From assembly GCA_040397155.1 (NCBI GenBank), contig JBBAWP010000005.1, forward strand, positions 1 through 44,330: 44,330 nt of DNA, in the 5' to 3' direction. The notes below the pieces were generated by a model that ran no database searches, was not told the origin of the DNA, and was given only the letters and a program-made list of their open reading frames with translations. Positions 27,480-40,770 of the stretch are shown piece after piece. This DNA comes from Candidatus Limnocylindrus sp. (lineage in GTDB: Bacteria > Chloroflexota > Limnocylindria > Limnocylindrales > Limnocylindraceae). Positions within the stretch are counted from its first letter, which is position 1, and the number at the start of each line of letters is the position of its first letter. Made by a program: the position numbers and the translations under genes.

Positions 27480-28375
27480 TCCGGCTTCACCGCATGTCCA
27501 CCGAACTGATTGCGCAATGCAGCGAGCACCTTTGCGCTATACGAATCCTCTTGACGTGATCGGAACCTCGTCAGGAGCGAGAGGGTGATCAGTGGTGCTG
27601 GGACATCAAGGTCAATCGCCTCTTGCACCGTCCAACGTCCCTCTCCCGAATCTGCAACCCAGCCCTTGATGGACTTCAGTTCGTTCCCTTCAGCGCGGAA
27701 GGCGCGCCCAGCGAGTTCAAGGAGCCAACTGCGCACGACGGAGCCTTGCATCCAAAGGTCGGAGACCTTTGCAAGGTCTACCTGGTAGCGGGATTTTGCA
27801 AGGATCTCGAACCCTTCGGCATACGCCTGCATCAGGCCGTATTCAATCCCGTTGTGCACCATCTTGACGTAGTGACCAGCGCCGGTCGCGCCGCAGTGCA
27901 TGTAGCCGTCCTTCGGTGCCAGCGTGAGGAAGATCGGCTCCATCTCTTTCACTGGTGCGGCGTCGCCGCCCACCATCATGCAGTAGCCGTTCTCAAGTCC
28001 CCAGACGCCACCCGAAGTTCCGGCATCGATAAAGTGAATGCCGTGCCCAGCAAGCTTCTCGTGCCGGCGGATCGTGTCGTGGAAGTTGGAGTTGCCTCCA
28101 TCAATGATCGTGTCGCCTTTCCCAAGGAGTGGGATGAGTTCGTCGATCATGGCCTCGGTGGCATCGCCGCTCGGCACCATCACCCAGACCTTTCGCGGAG
28201 ATGGGAGCGCGGCAACGAGGTCCTTCACGCTGTAGGTGGGGGTGGCGCCGTCCTTTGCGATCTCGTCGGTCTTCTCTCGCGAGCGGTTCCAGATGGCTAC
28301 CTCATGTCCACCTCGAAGGAGGCGCTTGACCATGTTGCCGCCCATCTTTCCAAGACCAATAAATCCGATCTTCAC
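27476..28375 (-). CDS. gnd: 6-phosphogluconate dehydrogenase, decarboxylating (short-chain type)
   Basis: IGLGKMG, IIDGGNS, DAGTSGGVWG, GHYVKMVHNGIEYG, DSGEGRW, RNQFGGH; GTG 28375 with RBS GAGGAGG. Confidence 0.95.
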   Translation of the reverse strand: MKIGFIGLGKMGGNMVKRLLRGGHEVAIWNRSREKTDEIAKDGATPTYSVKDLVAALPSPRKVWVMVPSGDATEAMIDELIPLLGKGDTIIDGGNSNFHDTIRRHEKLAGHGIHFIDAGTSGGVWGLENGYCMMVGGDAAPVKEMEPIFLTLAPKDGYMHCGATGAGHYVKMVHNGIEYGLMQAYAEGFEILAKSRYQVDLAKVSDLWMQGSVVRSWLLELAGRAFRAEGNELKSIKGWVADSGEGRWTVQEAIDLDVPAPLITLSLLTRFRSRQEDSYSAKVLAALRNQFGGHAVKPE

Positions 28376-28448
28376 AGGAGCCTCCTCACTTGTGGCCACA
28401 CCTGGGCCGTCACTGAGATGCTAGCGCGTGCGTGCGATCCGCTGTGGA

Positions 28449-30206
28449 TCAGGCACTAAGCGCGCGGCGGAAGAGCGACTCCACCGCTACGAGCCCAGCG
28501 TCTGGGTTCGAGCCGAGGTGGATGCGAAGGATCGGCAGATCATGGGCCACAAGTGAACGTGCGTCACCAAGTGCCTGTGCGTCAACAAGTTGACCGAAGG
28601 TGAAACTACTCCCAGGAATCTCAAGGTCGTGCGGTCGTCCTGCAACGAGTTGGATAAACCAGCCGATCGGCGCGCCGCCCTTGTGCAGCTGCCCCGTTGA
28701 ATGGAGGAAGCGCGGACCATAGCCAACGGTGGTGGCGCGGTGTGTTGTATCGCGCAGCAGCAGGCGGAGTGAGGTGAGCGCCGCCGTCCTTTCGGGCGTG
28801 GTGGCGACGTACGCATGGATGCCAATGTAGCCGCGCTGCGCAAGTCGCTGGAGCTGACCGGCAACAAGTTTCACCGCGTCATCTGCAAATGCGGCGGGGA
28901 GCGCGCCGTCTACCCAGAGCTGAAGTGGCCCGTCGGCACACTTCGGAGTCAGTTCTGGGAGTGCGCCAGTTGCGGCGAGTTCACCGAGCACTGCGGTGGT
29001 GTTCTGCTTGGACTCGGTCACGTTCGGTTCATCAAATGGATTGATGCCCAGAACGACGCCTGCGATCGCTGTTGCCGCCTCCCAGTGAAGGAACTCTCCA
29101 CCAAGGTCTATTGCGTCACTCAGCGTGTAACTGATGACGGGGTGTCCTGCGGCCGCAAGTTCGTTGAGTCGAGTATCAGCAGAAGTTCCATCTGCAGCGC
29201 GTGGTGCGCGGCCGCCGTTCAGCGCGATGCGCACGAAGAGGCGATCGTCCTGGTAGCTCTCGAGTGCGCCGAGTGGTTCGAGGTCAACGGGGACAACGCC
29301 TACGCCCTGCTTTCCCGTGCTCTCTGCAACGAGTTGCTCCGCCCATGCGCCGAAGCCGTGGATCGGCTCATCAACGAGGAGGGTCAACTTATCGCGCCCC
29401 TCGCGCGCGAGCGCACCAATGATCACGCCGAGCGCAACGGCACGGTTGGCGGTTGGCTCTGGCTCGCGCAGTTGAGCGGCAGCAACGGCGCCTGCAGCGA
29501 GCAGCGAATCCAGGTCAATGCCGAGAAGGCTTGCTGGCACGAGCCCAACAAAGCTGAGTGCGGAGTAGCGTCCGCCAATGTCAGCGGGGTTCAAGAAGCG
29601 TTCGAGCATCCGCTCGTTCCCCGGAATCCCATCAATGCTTGGTGAAGGGTCGCTGATCGCGATCATTGAGGCGAATGGATCTTCGCCTGCACTGAGCGCG
29701 CTCGAGATCCATCCCGCCGCATAGGCGGCGAACGAGAGCGTCTCCGTTGTGGTGCCAGACTTGCTTGCAACGATCACCAGCGTCTTGGCAGGGTTGAGCC
29801 CATCGAGCGCCGCCGCAACCGCCTCTGGATCCGTGGAGTCACAGACGCGAATCTTCAGCCACTCGCTGATTGAAGCGAACGCGGTGGCGAGCACTTCGGG
29901 AGCGAGAGAAGATCCACCCATCCCCGCCACGATTGCCGTGGTGAATCCTGCGTCGCGAACCTTCTCACCGAACGCTTCAAGTGCTGGGACCTGCTCGGTG
30001 AAGTGCACTGGCGCGTCGAGCCAGCCGAGCCGATTCGCGATCTTCGCTTGCACTTCGGCATCACGGCTCCAGAGTGTGACGTCCTTATCGGCAAGTCGCG
30101 TCGCCCACTCTTCTGTGCGCGCACGCTCGAAGACTGCGCTGATCGCAGCTAGATCTGCGGCGCGTCCGATGTGGGCGGTGAACGGAAGTTTGAGTTCGCC
30201 GCTCAC
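28449..30206 (-). CDS. pgi: Glucose-6-phosphate isomerase (stand-alone Pgi of the Tal-Pgi fusion type)
   Basis: RLGWL, GMGGSSL, VASKSGTT.ET, IGGRYSALS, EQLVAESTGK, INPFDEPNV..SK, GPRFLHSTGQLHKGG. Confidence 0.9.
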   Translation of the reverse strand: MSGELKLPFTAHIGRAADLAAISAVFERARTEEWATRLADKDVTLWSRDAEVQAKIANRLGWLDAPVHFTEQVPALEAFGEKVRDAGFTTAIVAGMGGSSLAPEVLATAFASISEWLKIRVCDSTDPEAVAAALDGLNPAKTLVIVASKSGTTTETLSFAAYAAGWISSALSAGEDPFASMIAISDPSPSIDGIPGNERMLERFLNPADIGGRYSALSFVGLVPASLLGIDLDSLLAAGAVAAAQLREPEPTANRAVALGVIIGALAREGRDKLTLLVDEPIHGFGAWAEQLVAESTGKQGVGVVPVDLEPLGALESYQDDRLFVRIALNGGRAPRAADGTSADTRLNELAAAGHPVISYTLSDAIDLGGEFLHWEAATAIAGVVLGINPFDEPNVTESKQNTTAVLGELAATGALPELTPKCADGPLQLWVDGALPAAFADDAVKLVAGQLQRLAQRGYIGIHAYVATTPERTAALTSLRLLLRDTTHRATTVGYGPRFLHSTGQLHKGGAPIGWFIQLVAGRPHDLEIPGSSFTFGQLVDAQALGDARSLVAHDLPILRIHLGSNPDAGLVAVESLFRRALSA

Positions 30207-30670
30207 CCCTGCTCCTCTTCAATCTGCTGCACCTTCTTGGTGCGCCGGACGTATCGCTCTGCGTCACTTGGAGTGGCGGAAAGGAAGGCGGCGAGCACCG
30301 TGGCTGCAGCCGAAGCGTCAATCACCTTTGCGCCGAGCGAGAGGACGTTCATGGCGTCATGCACCACCCCCTGTTCCGCTGAGGCTGGATCATGCGCAAT
30401 AGAGGCGCGGATGCCGTGGAACTTGTTCGCGGCGATCGTGACGCCGATCCCTGAGCCGCAGATCAGCAGGCCGCGCTCTGCGCCGCCGCGCTGCATCAGT
30501 TCAGCAACGGCGCGCGAGGCATCTGGGTAGTCGTCAGTCAGATCACTCCCGTCACCACCAAGATCAATCCCCTCCCACTCCGGAGCGATCTTCTGCAGTT
30601 CGTTGAGGAGTGCCGCCTTGAGCGCGGCCCCCGCGTGGTCTGCGGCAATAGCGAGCTTCCGCTGCGACAC
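30203..30670 (-). CDS. rpiB: Ribose-5-phosphate isomerase B
   Basis: ADHAG, DYPD, LICGSGIG..IAANK..GIRA, HD.MNVL.LG, RY.RR. Confidence 0.92.
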   Translation of the reverse strand: MSQRKLAIAADHAGAALKAALLNELQKIAPEWEGIDLGGDGSDLTDDYPDASRAVAELMQRGGAERGLLICGSGIGVTIAANKFHGIRASIAHDPASAEQGVVHDAMNVLSLGAKVIDASAAATVLAAFLSATPSDAERYVRRTKKVQQIEEEQG

Positions 30671-30671
30671 C

Positions 30672-32720
30672 TCAGCTGACCTTATGGCCGTCGTGCAGGT
30701 GCGGCGTTGGGATCACGCCGCGGTGCGTTCCAGCGATCACGCCACGCGCAACCTCTGCAATGCGCTCTGAAGTGAAGCCGAACTCTGAGAAAAGTTTTGG
30801 CGCAGGTGCTGATGCACCGAAGCGATCCATGGCGATGATTGCGCCGTCACTCCCCGTCCAGCGATCCCACCCAAGGCTGACACCCGCCTCAATGCCGACG
30901 CGTGAACGAACCGCGGCGGGGAGGACTGACTCGCGGTATGCAGCATCTTGATCACCAAAGAGTTCAAGACACGGTGCCGAGACGACGCGCGTAGGCGTGC
31001 CAGACGCTTCAAGGAGATCCGCTGCCGCAACGGCGAGGTGGACCTCTGAGCCAGTTGCGATGAGGATCGCCTTCGCCTGCGCACTCGCTTCGCGCACAAC
31101 ATATGCGCCGCGCTTTACGCCAGCCGCTGCGCCGATGATGGAGCCAGGGAGTACGGGCAGCTTCTGTCGTGTGAATGCGAGCACCGTCGGTGCGCTGCGT
31201 CGCTCAATAGCAACGCCCCACGCCTGCGCCGCCTCATTTGGGTCGCCTGGTCGGAAGAAGCGCAGATTTGGAATGGCGCGGAGTGCGGCGTAGTGCTCAA
31301 CCGGCTGGTGCGTTGGGCCATCTTCGCCGAGGCCAATAGAGTCGTGGGTGAAGACGAAGATGCTGCCGAGCCCGGCGAGTGCGGCGAGTCGTAGCGAGCC
31401 GCGCATGTAATCGCTGAAGGTGAGGAAGGTGGCGCTGAACGGGATCAGTCCGCCGTGATACGCGATCCCGTTGGTGATCGCCGCCATCGCGTGCTCGCGC
31501 ACGCCGAAGCTGATGTTGCGACCCGAATCTGTTGCGGTGAAGCGGCCGCCCTCATGAATGTCGGTGAGGTTTGACTCTGAGAGGTCGGCGCTGCCGCCGA
31601 TCAGTTCTGGCAGCACCGCGGCGAGCGCCTTGATGCTCGACTGGCTGACGTTGCGCGTTGGTGCATCACCGCCAAGTTCATAAACGGGCAGCGCGCGCTC
31701 CCAGCCGCTCGGCAGCCCGCCCGCCATGCGGCGCTGGAGCTCCGCCGCCTCTGTAGGGAAGGCGGTCGCGTAGGCGAGGAGTCGCTTGGTGTGCGCTGCA
31801 ACGAGCGCTTCACCACTGGTGATCGCGCCGCGGTAGAACTCGGCAACATCGGCGGGAACGTCGAAGGTTGCATCGGGATTCGCGCCGTATGCCGCCTTCG
31901 TGAGCTTGACTTCGTCTGGGCCGAGCGGTGCGCCGTGTGACTTCTGGCTCCCCGCCTTGTTCGGCGAACCGAAGCCGATCACAGTACGAACAGCGATGAG
32001 GCTCGGTCGGTCATCCTTGATAGCTGCGCTGATCGCCGCATCAATGGAGGCAACATCGTTGCCGTCTGCAACGCTGCTCGTGTGCCACCCGTAGGCGTCA
32101 AAGCGCTTCTTTACATCTTCCGACCAGGCGGTTGATGTTGGTCCGTCAAGTTGAATCAGGTTGTCATCCCAGAGATAGATCAACTTGCCGAGCTTCAGGT
32201 GTCCCGCGAGCGATGCAGCTTCGGACGCGAGCCCTTCTTGGAGGTCTCCGTCTGAGACGATCGCGAAGACGCGATGATCAATCACGGTGTGTCCTGGTCG
32301 ATTGAACTCTGCGGCGAGGCGCCGCTCGGCGATCGCCATACCGACACCGTTCGCGAATCCCTGACCGAGTGGACCCGTGGTGGCCTCAACGCCCGCGGTG
32401 AGGCCGTACTCCGGGTGGCCAGGTGTGAGAGAGCCCCACTGTCGGAATGACTTCAGGTCATCAATCGTGAGCCCGTAACCGGTGAGATGAAGCAGTGAAT
32501 AGAGGAGCGCGCTGGCGTGGCCGTTGGAGAGGACGAAGCGGTCGCGGTCGAACCAGCCAGGCGTTCGAGGCGCATGGCGGAGGTGGCGTGTCCAGATCGT
32601 GTGAGCCATCGGCGCGCAACCCATTGGGGCGCCAGGGTGGCCAGAGTTTGCCGCCTGGACGGTGTCGATCGCGAGGGTGCGGATCGTGGTGATTGCTGAC
32701 TGCTCAAGTCGTGGATCCAT
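30672..32720 (-). CDS. tkt: Transketolase
   Basis: [65 protein letters not shown]; start MDPRLEQ with a G-rich RBS. Confidence 0.97.
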   Translation of the reverse strand: MDPRLEQSAITTIRTLAIDTVQAANSGHPGAPMGCAPMAHTIWTRHLRHAPRTPGWFDRDRFVLSNGHASALLYSLLHLTGYGLTIDDLKSFRQWGSLTPGHPEYGLTAGVEATTGPLGQGFANGVGMAIAERRLAAEFNRPGHTVIDHRVFAIVSDGDLQEGLASEAASLAGHLKLGKLIYLWDDNLIQLDGPTSTAWSEDVKKRFDAYGWHTSSVADGNDVASIDAAISAAIKDDRPSLIAVRTVIGFGSPNKAGSQKSHGAPLGPDEVKLTKAAYGANPDATFDVPADVAEFYRGAITSGEALVAAHTKRLLAYATAFPTEAAELQRRMAGGLPSGWERALPVYELGGDAPTRNVSQSSIKALAAVLPELIGGSADLSESNLTDIHEGGRFTATDSGRNISFGVREHAMAAITNGIAYHGGLIPFSATFLTFSDYMRGSLRLAALAGLGSIFVFTHDSIGLGEDGPTHQPVEHYAALRAIPNLRFFRPGDPNEAAQAWGVAIERRSAPTVLAFTRQKLPVLPGSIIGAAAGVKRGAYVVREASAQAKAILIATGSEVHLAVAAADLLEASGTPTRVVSAPCLELFGDQDAAYRESVLPAAVRSRVGIEAGVSLGWDRWTGSDGAIIAMDRFGASAPAPKLFSEFGFTSERIAEVARGVIAGTHRGVIPTPHLHDGHKVS

Positions 32721-32754
32721 TAGTGCCCCCCTGCGTGGTTGTTGGTGTCCGTTG

Positions 32755-32775
32755 ATTGTAGACTCCATCGGAGTC
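32755..32775. promoter_or_regulatory. Overlapping divergent -10 elements (tkt operon / DMT gene) with an adjacent inverted repeat
   Basis: TACAAT (minus, 32755-32760), TAGACT (plus, 32759-32764), GACTCC-atc-GGAGTC (32761-32775). Confidence 0.45.
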
Positions 32776-32793
32776 AGTAGTACTGGAGGCGCA

Positions 32794-33726
32794 ATGCCCC
32801 GAAGAAGCCTCATGAGCCGTCGCCCAACGAGCGTGCGCGCGGTCGCCGAAGCTGGCGTGCTGGTCGCCATGCTGATCTGGGCGGCGAACTTCACGGTGGT
32901 GAAGGCGGCGGTCACTGAGTGGCCGGTACTCCCCTTTTCGGCGATTCGGATCACGGCGGCAGGCCTGATCGTGCTCCTCTGGACACAACTCCGCGGCGGA
33001 AGCATCCGTATGGCCCCGCGTGACCTTCTCATCACCGGCGCATTCGGCGTGATTGGACAGGGGGCGTATCAGCTTCTCTGGGCCGGGTCACTCGGCACCA
33101 TCAATGCTGGGACGAGTGCGCTCCTGATCTCAGTCACACCGTTTCTCACTGCAATCTTTGCCGCGCTCTTTCGGATTGATCCGCTGCGACCCGCAACGAT
33201 CGCCGGCGGCCTCATTGCGTTTGCTGGCGTGACAGCCGTTGCACTTGGCGAAGGTGCCGGTGCGTTTGGAGGGACAACCGCTGGTGTCACTGCAACGCTG
33301 CTCGCCGCCGCCTGTTGGGCCTCGTATCTTCTCGCCGGCGCACGGGTGATCCCGCGCACTGGCGCACTCGCGTTCACGGGGTGGAGCATGGTGATCGGCG
33401 GGGCCGTGTTGATCCCCTTCGGCGCGATTCAGTGGACGGAACTCGGTTCGCCAGCAATCCCTGCAGCCGCACTGTTTGGCATCCTCTATGCCACCTTCGG
33501 TTCGAGTAGCCTCGCGAACGTCCTCTACTTCACCGCTGTCCCCGTGGTTGGTCCCGCGCGCGTGGCGAGTTTCCAGCTCCTTGTCCCGTTCCTTGCCGTG
33601 GTGATTTCCGCGATTGTCCTTAGTGAGGCACTCGAGCCGGTTCAGGCAATCGGCGGTGCGCTCATCCTGCTCGGCATCTGGGCGGGCCGCCAAACTCAAC
33701 TCCCATTCCGACGCCGGCTGCGATAG
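32794..33726 (+). CDS. EamA/DMT family transporter
   Basis: [40 protein letters not shown]...Q.IGG.LIL; RBS GGAGG. Confidence 0.88.
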   Translation: MPRRSLMSRRPTSVRAVAEAGVLVAMLIWAANFTVVKAAVTEWPVLPFSAIRITAAGLIVLLWTQLRGGSIRMAPRDLLITGAFGVIGQGAYQLLWAGSLGTINAGTSALLISVTPFLTAIFAALFRIDPLRPATIAGGLIAFAGVTAVALGEGAGAFGGTTAGVTATLLAAACWASYLLAGARVIPRTGALAFTGWSMVIGGAVLIPFGAIQWTELGSPAIPAAALFGILYATFGSSSLANVLYFTAVPVVGPARVASFQLLVPFLAVVISAIVLSEALEPVQAIGGALILLGIWAGRQTQLPFRRRLR

Positions 33727-36191
<2,465 letters not shown>

Positions 36192-36209
36192 CGCCGCTCC
36201 CGCCCCCCG

Positions 36210-36238
36210 TTGACGGGGCGACGCACATCCAATAGAGT
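36210..36238 (+). promoter_or_regulatory. sigma70 promoter of rho
   Basis: TTGACG (36210-36215), 17 nt, TAGAGT (36233-36238); followed by a C-rich leader. Confidence 0.65.
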
Positions 36239-36331
36239 CTTCTCATCCCCCCACTCCTCCTGCGCAGAGGCGTTGGACGTTTCGTGCGGGGATCCAAGGA
36301 AACACCCAAGACGAGGAAGGTACCCAACCCC

Positions 36332-37753
36332 ATGTCAATGAACGACCCACGAAACCGCGGACCCCGACGAGGACCACGCCGCGGCCCCGGCATGAACAGC
36401 GGTCAGGGTGGCATGCGCATGCCGCACAGTTCTCTCCCCCAAGATGTTGAGGTGCTCTCAGAGGCCGACCTTGCCGCTGAAGGGCTGCTGACGTTCGCGG
36501 CGCTCGCCAACATGACGGCGAGTGAACTCATGGCGGCAGCAAAGAAATTCAACATCACCGCCACTCAGCAGGAAGATCTTCCGAAGGTGATCCAGAAGAT
36601 CCTTACCGCGCAGGCGGAAGAGCAGGGTCAGGTGTGGGCAGAGGGCATCCTCGAGATTGTTGACGACGGCTACGGCTTTGTTCGTCGCAACGGGCTTCTT
36701 CCAAGCGCAGACGATGTCTATGTTCCGTCACCGATGCTGCGCCGCATTGGACTTCGACAAGGCGACACGATCGGTGGCGTTATTCGTGCTCCACGCGAAG
36801 GTGAAAAGTTTTGGGGCATGCTTCGCGTTGAGATCATCTCTGGAACAGATCCTGAATCAGCGCGTCGCAGGCCCCACTTCGGAGACCTGACGCCAATCCA
36901 CCCGATTGAGCTGATCAACCTAGAGACCGATCCCTCGAACCTTTCGCAGCGCCTCATCAACCTGGTGAACCCGCTCGGAAAGGGGCAGCGTGCACTGATC
37001 GTTTCGCCACCAAAGGCTGGTAAGACGAGCCTCCTCAAGCAGATCGCACAGGGTGTGACCGCGAACTATCCGGAGATCTCGCTGATGGTCTGTCTCATTG
37101 GCGAGCGACCTGAAGAGGTGACCGACATGCGCCGCTCCGTGAAGGGCGAAGTGATCTCGTCAACCTTTGATGAGCCAACGGAGAATCACACGCACGTCGC
37201 AGAGATGGCGTTGGAGATTGCGAAGCGTCGCACCGAGGCGGGCGCCGACGTAGTGGTGCTGCTCGACTCCATCACCCGACTCGCCCGTGCGTACAACCTG
37301 GCACTCCCGCCATCAGGACGAACCCTCTCCGGTGGTATTGATCCGATCGCGCTCTACCCACCGAAGCGCTTCTTCGGTGCCGCACGCAAACTCGAAGAGG
37401 GCGGCTCGCTCACGATCATCGGTACCTGCCTCGTGGACACAGGCTCCAAGATGGACGACGTGATCTACGAAGAGTTCAAGGGGACTGGTAACTCCGAGCT
37501 CGTCCTTGACCGCAAGCTTGCCGAGAAGCGCATCTTCCCGGCCATTGACGTGCAGCGTTCTGGCACGCGCCGCGAGGAGCTACTCCTTGACGAGGCGACC
37601 CTCAAGATGGTCTGGACGATGCGCCGCATGCTCTCAGCCGTAGGTGCGAATGAGGGGATTGAGCTCCTTCTGAACCGCATTGCGAAGACCGAGTCGAACG
37701 CCCAGTTCCTCGCCTCCCTCACCAAGGGGACCGAAGGGTCAAACCCAGCCTAG
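36332..37753 (+). CDS. rho: Transcription termination factor Rho
   Basis: [62 protein letters not shown]; the start may be 36332 or 36338. Confidence 0.97.
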   Translation: MSMNDPRNRGPRRGPRRGPGMNSGQGGMRMPHSSLPQDVEVLSEADLAAEGLLTFAALANMTASELMAAAKKFNITATQQEDLPKVIQKILTAQAEEQGQVWAEGILEIVDDGYGFVRRNGLLPSADDVYVPSPMLRRIGLRQGDTIGGVIRAPREGEKFWGMLRVEIISGTDPESARRRPHFGDLTPIHPIELINLETDPSNLSQRLINLVNPLGKGQRALIVSPPKAGKTSLLKQIAQGVTANYPEISLMVCLIGERPEEVTDMRRSVKGEVISSTFDEPTENHTHVAEMALEIAKRRTEAGADVVVLLDSITRLARAYNLALPPSGRTLSGGIDPIALYPPKRFFGAARKLEEGGSLTIIGTCLVDTGSKMDDVIYEEFKGTGNSELVLDRKLAEKRIFPAIDVQRSGTRREELLLDEATLKMVWTMRRMLSAVGANEGIELLLNRIAKTESNAQFLASLTKGTEGSNPA

Positions 37754-37825
37754 GGAGCACCCTCCACACCTCTCCTGAGCACGGATCGGGGGCGGGTAGA
37801 ATGAGGGCTGAGATCGGAGGCGAAG

Positions 37826-39364
37826 ATGACGAGAACTGGTCGCGAGCGTTCTAAGCGTTCAAAGCAGGGACTGCTCAGCGGCGCGCGCCCCGGCACCCTC
37901 TGGTTCCAACTCTTCGCGGCCATCCGTCGCCAAGGGATCGCGGTGCTTCGCACCCTAGAACGTGCTGGAGACCGGGCGCTCAGCTTGAGCCTCTTCCGCG
38001 CCGGTGAATTCCTCAGGCACCCTCTCCCGCGACGCATCCGTGTCCATCCGAAGTTGCGAGAACGCACCAGCGGACTTGCCGCGGCTGCAATCCTCCACCG
38101 CCTCACTCCAAGGCTGGAAGAGTGGGGAATTATCCGCTTCCTCACGCGCTGTCGAACGGCACTGATCAAGCGGCTCGCAGGGATTGAGCGCTCTCCAGAG
38201 CAGGCAGCCCCAGTCGGCATCGCGCTCCTTCTCGGGATTGCGATCGTTGCGAGCATTCTTCCTGGTCCCGCGGTTGACCAGCGAGCACGCGCCCTCGATG
38301 ACGGAGCGTTTACAGGCGCCCCCGAGACCTTTGAACCGATCACCCCAGCGCTATGGGGGAGCGCAGTTGATCCAGACCGTGCTACCGCAACAGGTGAGTC
38401 CAGCGTCGGCGAGTTCGCTGGCGTCGGCACCGAAGATCCTCTGGAGCCAGGCGCGCTTGGATGGCGTCCGATTGAGGCGGCTCGTGACGCGTCGGTTTCC
38501 GTGAGCGCAAGTGCCGATACCGCGTTGTTCGACGGTCCACGCATTCTGGAAGACGGCACCATGCTTCTCCCCGCCGCGGTCGATCTCAACATCTTGGATG
38601 GTCGAACCCACGTACAAATCCATGTCGTGCAGAAGGGGCAGACGCTCGCGCAGATTGCAAAGCTCTACAACATTGGCCTGATGGATGTGGTCTGGTCGAA
38701 CCGTCTCCCATCCACAAGTAATCCACCCGCCGGTCGCCGCCTAAAGATTCCAGATACAAAAGGGTACGTTCACGTGGTTGCTGAACACGAAACACTGAAG
38801 TCGATCGCGAACACCTCACGTGTCTCTCTGACAAAGATCATGTCCTACAACGGTCTCCGCTCGTCTGATGTGGTGCTGGGCATGGTCTTGGTACTCCCTG
38901 GCGGACGTGGTCCTGCACTTCCTACCTATCAGGCGTCTGGCCAGTCATATGCGTACAACGGACCGCTGCCGCAGATCTACAGCGGGATGACCTTCCGCTA
39001 CCCAGTGCCTGGCGGTCGATTCGTGCGCGGATTCTTCCGCGGCCACGACGGGATGGACATCTCGCAATCAACAGGTGCCCCAATCCTTGCGGCAGCTGCT
39101 GGCGTGGTGGTTCGCACTGGGTGGGTGAACAACTGCGGTGGCAACCAGGTTGTTATCGCGGTCGGTTCAAATCTATACACGGGGTACTACCACCTCTCAA
39201 GGATCTTGGTCTCACCAGGACAGAAGATTGCGCGCGGGCAGCAGATCGGAAAGATTGGAGAGACGGGCTGCACCACTGGTCCGCACTTGCACTTCTCCGT
39301 CTCACGCGGCTATCCACTCGCCAGCGGGTCAACCTTCTATAACCCCGCGCGTTTCCTCCCATAG
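37826..39364 (+). CDS. LysM-domain M23 metallopeptidase (cell-wall endopeptidase), membrane-anchored
   Basis: TM segment (GIALLLGIAIVASIL), two LysM repeats (HVVQKGQTL.QIA; HVVAEHETL.SIA), HDGMD, YYHL, GPHLHF; TAGAAT -10 and GGAGG RBS upstream. Confidence 0.85.
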   Translation: MTRTGRERSKRSKQGLLSGARPGTLWFQLFAAIRRQGIAVLRTLERAGDRALSLSLFRAGEFLRHPLPRRIRVHPKLRERTSGLAAAAILHRLTPRLEEWGIIRFLTRCRTALIKRLAGIERSPEQAAPVGIALLLGIAIVASILPGPAVDQRARALDDGAFTGAPETFEPITPALWGSAVDPDRATATGESSVGEFAGVGTEDPLEPGALGWRPIEAARDASVSVSASADTALFDGPRILEDGTMLLPAAVDLNILDGRTHVQIHVVQKGQTLAQIAKLYNIGLMDVVWSNRLPSTSNPPAGRRLKIPDTKGYVHVVAEHETLKSIANTSRVSLTKIMSYNGLRSSDVVLGMVLVLPGGRGPALPTYQASGQSYAYNGPLPQIYSGMTFRYPVPGGRFVRGFFRGHDGMDISQSTGAPILAAAAGVVVRTGWVNNCGGNQVVIAVGSNLYTGYYHLSRILVSPGQKIARGQQIGKIGETGCTTGPHLHFSVSRGYPLASGSTFYNPARFLP

Positions 39365-39366
39365 CG

Positions 39367-40770
39367 GTGTTCCTCGACGTCGTTGACCTGCATCTTTCCG
39401 CCGGTCGAGGAGGCGATGGCGCTTCCACCATGCGCCGAGAATCGCACGTGCCACGCGGCGGCCCAGACGGAGGGGACGGCGGACGCGGTGGGAGCATCTA
39501 CGTCTCTGTGGACACGGGGCAGACAACGCTGCGCGACTTTGAACAGAAGCGACGGCTGCAGGCTGGAGAGGGCGGCAACGGTGGGAACAAGAAGTCACAC
39601 GGGAAGGCTGGGAAAGATTTAGAGATTGGGGTTCCACCAGGGACGGCAATCTTTGACGCCGTCAGTGGCGACCTCATTGCAGACATTGTCTCTCGCGAAC
39701 AGCGAGTGATGATCGTGAAGGGCGGCCGAGGCGGACTTGGGAATGCGCACTTTGTGACCTCCACGCATCAGGCACCGCGCCACGCACAACGCGGTGAACC
39801 GGGCGAGACCCGCGAGGTTCGATTTGAGCTTCGCCTGATCGCGGATGTTGGACTTGTGGGCCTTCCAAACGCGGGGAAGTCCACCACCCTCGCCGCACTC
39901 ACCGCCGCACAGCCAAAGATTGGCGATTACCCCTTCACCACGCTCGAACCGAACCTGGGTGTGATCGAGCTTGGACTAGAAGATGGTCGACGACCGACCG
40001 TGGCCGACCTTCCAGGGCTGATTGAAGGGGCATCTATGGGTGCGGGCCTCGGCTTTGCTTTCTTGCGACACGCGTCACGAACGCGCATCTTGGTGCATGT
40101 GGTGGACGCGTCAACCGCCGATCCACTGCGCGACGCGGCGATCATTCGCGAAGAGCTCGCCGCCCACAATCCTGCGCTGCTGGAGAAGACAACGCTCGTG
40201 GTGCTGAACAAGATTGATCGCCCAGGAGTCCGTGAACGCCTCGAAGAGCTACGCACCGGATTCAGTGCGCTTGGCCTCAAGAGCATTGCCTGCTCCGCAC
40301 TTGGCGGTGCGCTCGGTGAGGGGATCACCGATCTCCGCAACGAGCTCGCTGAGTTACTCCCAGACGCGGAGACACTCGCGCTCCCAACCGAACCGGCAGG
40401 CGTTGTGGTGCACCGCATTGATCCGATCGCCGTCTCTGGGTTTGAGGTCAGCCGTGATGGAGAGTCATACCGCGTGCGCGGAAAGGCCATTGAGCGACTC
40501 GTGCACCAGACCGATTTTGCGCGCGACGAGTCGGCGCAGCGGTTCCATCATGAGTTGAAGCGACAAGGAATTGAGTCGGCGCTGCGCAAGGCGGGCTGCC
40601 GCGCTGGAGACACGGTGGTGATCGGCGAGCTCTCCCTTGAATGGGAAGATCCAGATGAGGCAGACCTGCTGAACACCGCAGATGCTGCGGAGGCGAGCGA
40701 TCTCGATCTAGAGGAGCTCGGCGAGACGCTGGAAGAGGCGGCCGTTGGAAGCTCGGAGGGGAGCCAGTGA
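39367..40770 (+). CDS. obgE: GTPase ObgE/CgtA
   Basis: GGPDGGDGGRGG, DVGLVGLPNAGKST, YPFTTL.PNLG, ADLPGLIEGA, NKID, C-terminal OCT domain plus acidic tail. Confidence 0.97.
   Translation: MFLDVVDLHLSAGRGGDGASTMRRESHVPRGGPDGGDGGRGGSIYVSVDTGQTTLRDFEQKRRLQAGEGGNGGNKKSHGKAGKDLEIGVPPGTAIFDAVSGDLIADIVSREQRVMIVKGGRGGLGNAHFVTSTHQAPRHAQRGEPGETREVRFELRLIADVGLVGLPNAGKSTTLAALTAAQPKIGDYPFTTLEPNLGVIELGLEDGRRPTVADLPGLIEGASMGAGLGFAFLRHASRTRILVHVVDASTADPLRDAAIIREELAAHNPALLEKTTLVVLNKIDRPGVRERLEELRTGFSALGLKSIACSALGGALGEGITDLRNELAELLPDAETLALPTEPAGVVVHRIDPIAVSGFEVSRDGESYRVRGKAIERLVHQTDFARDESAQRFHHELKRQGIESALRKAGCRAGDTVVIGELSLEWEDPDEADLLNTADAAEASDLDLEELGETLEEAAVGSSEGSQ

Noticed and set aside
32721-33035. 105-aa N-terminal extension of transketolase
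   Set aside because: Overlaps the divergent DMT gene; transketolase homology and the RBS begin at 32720.
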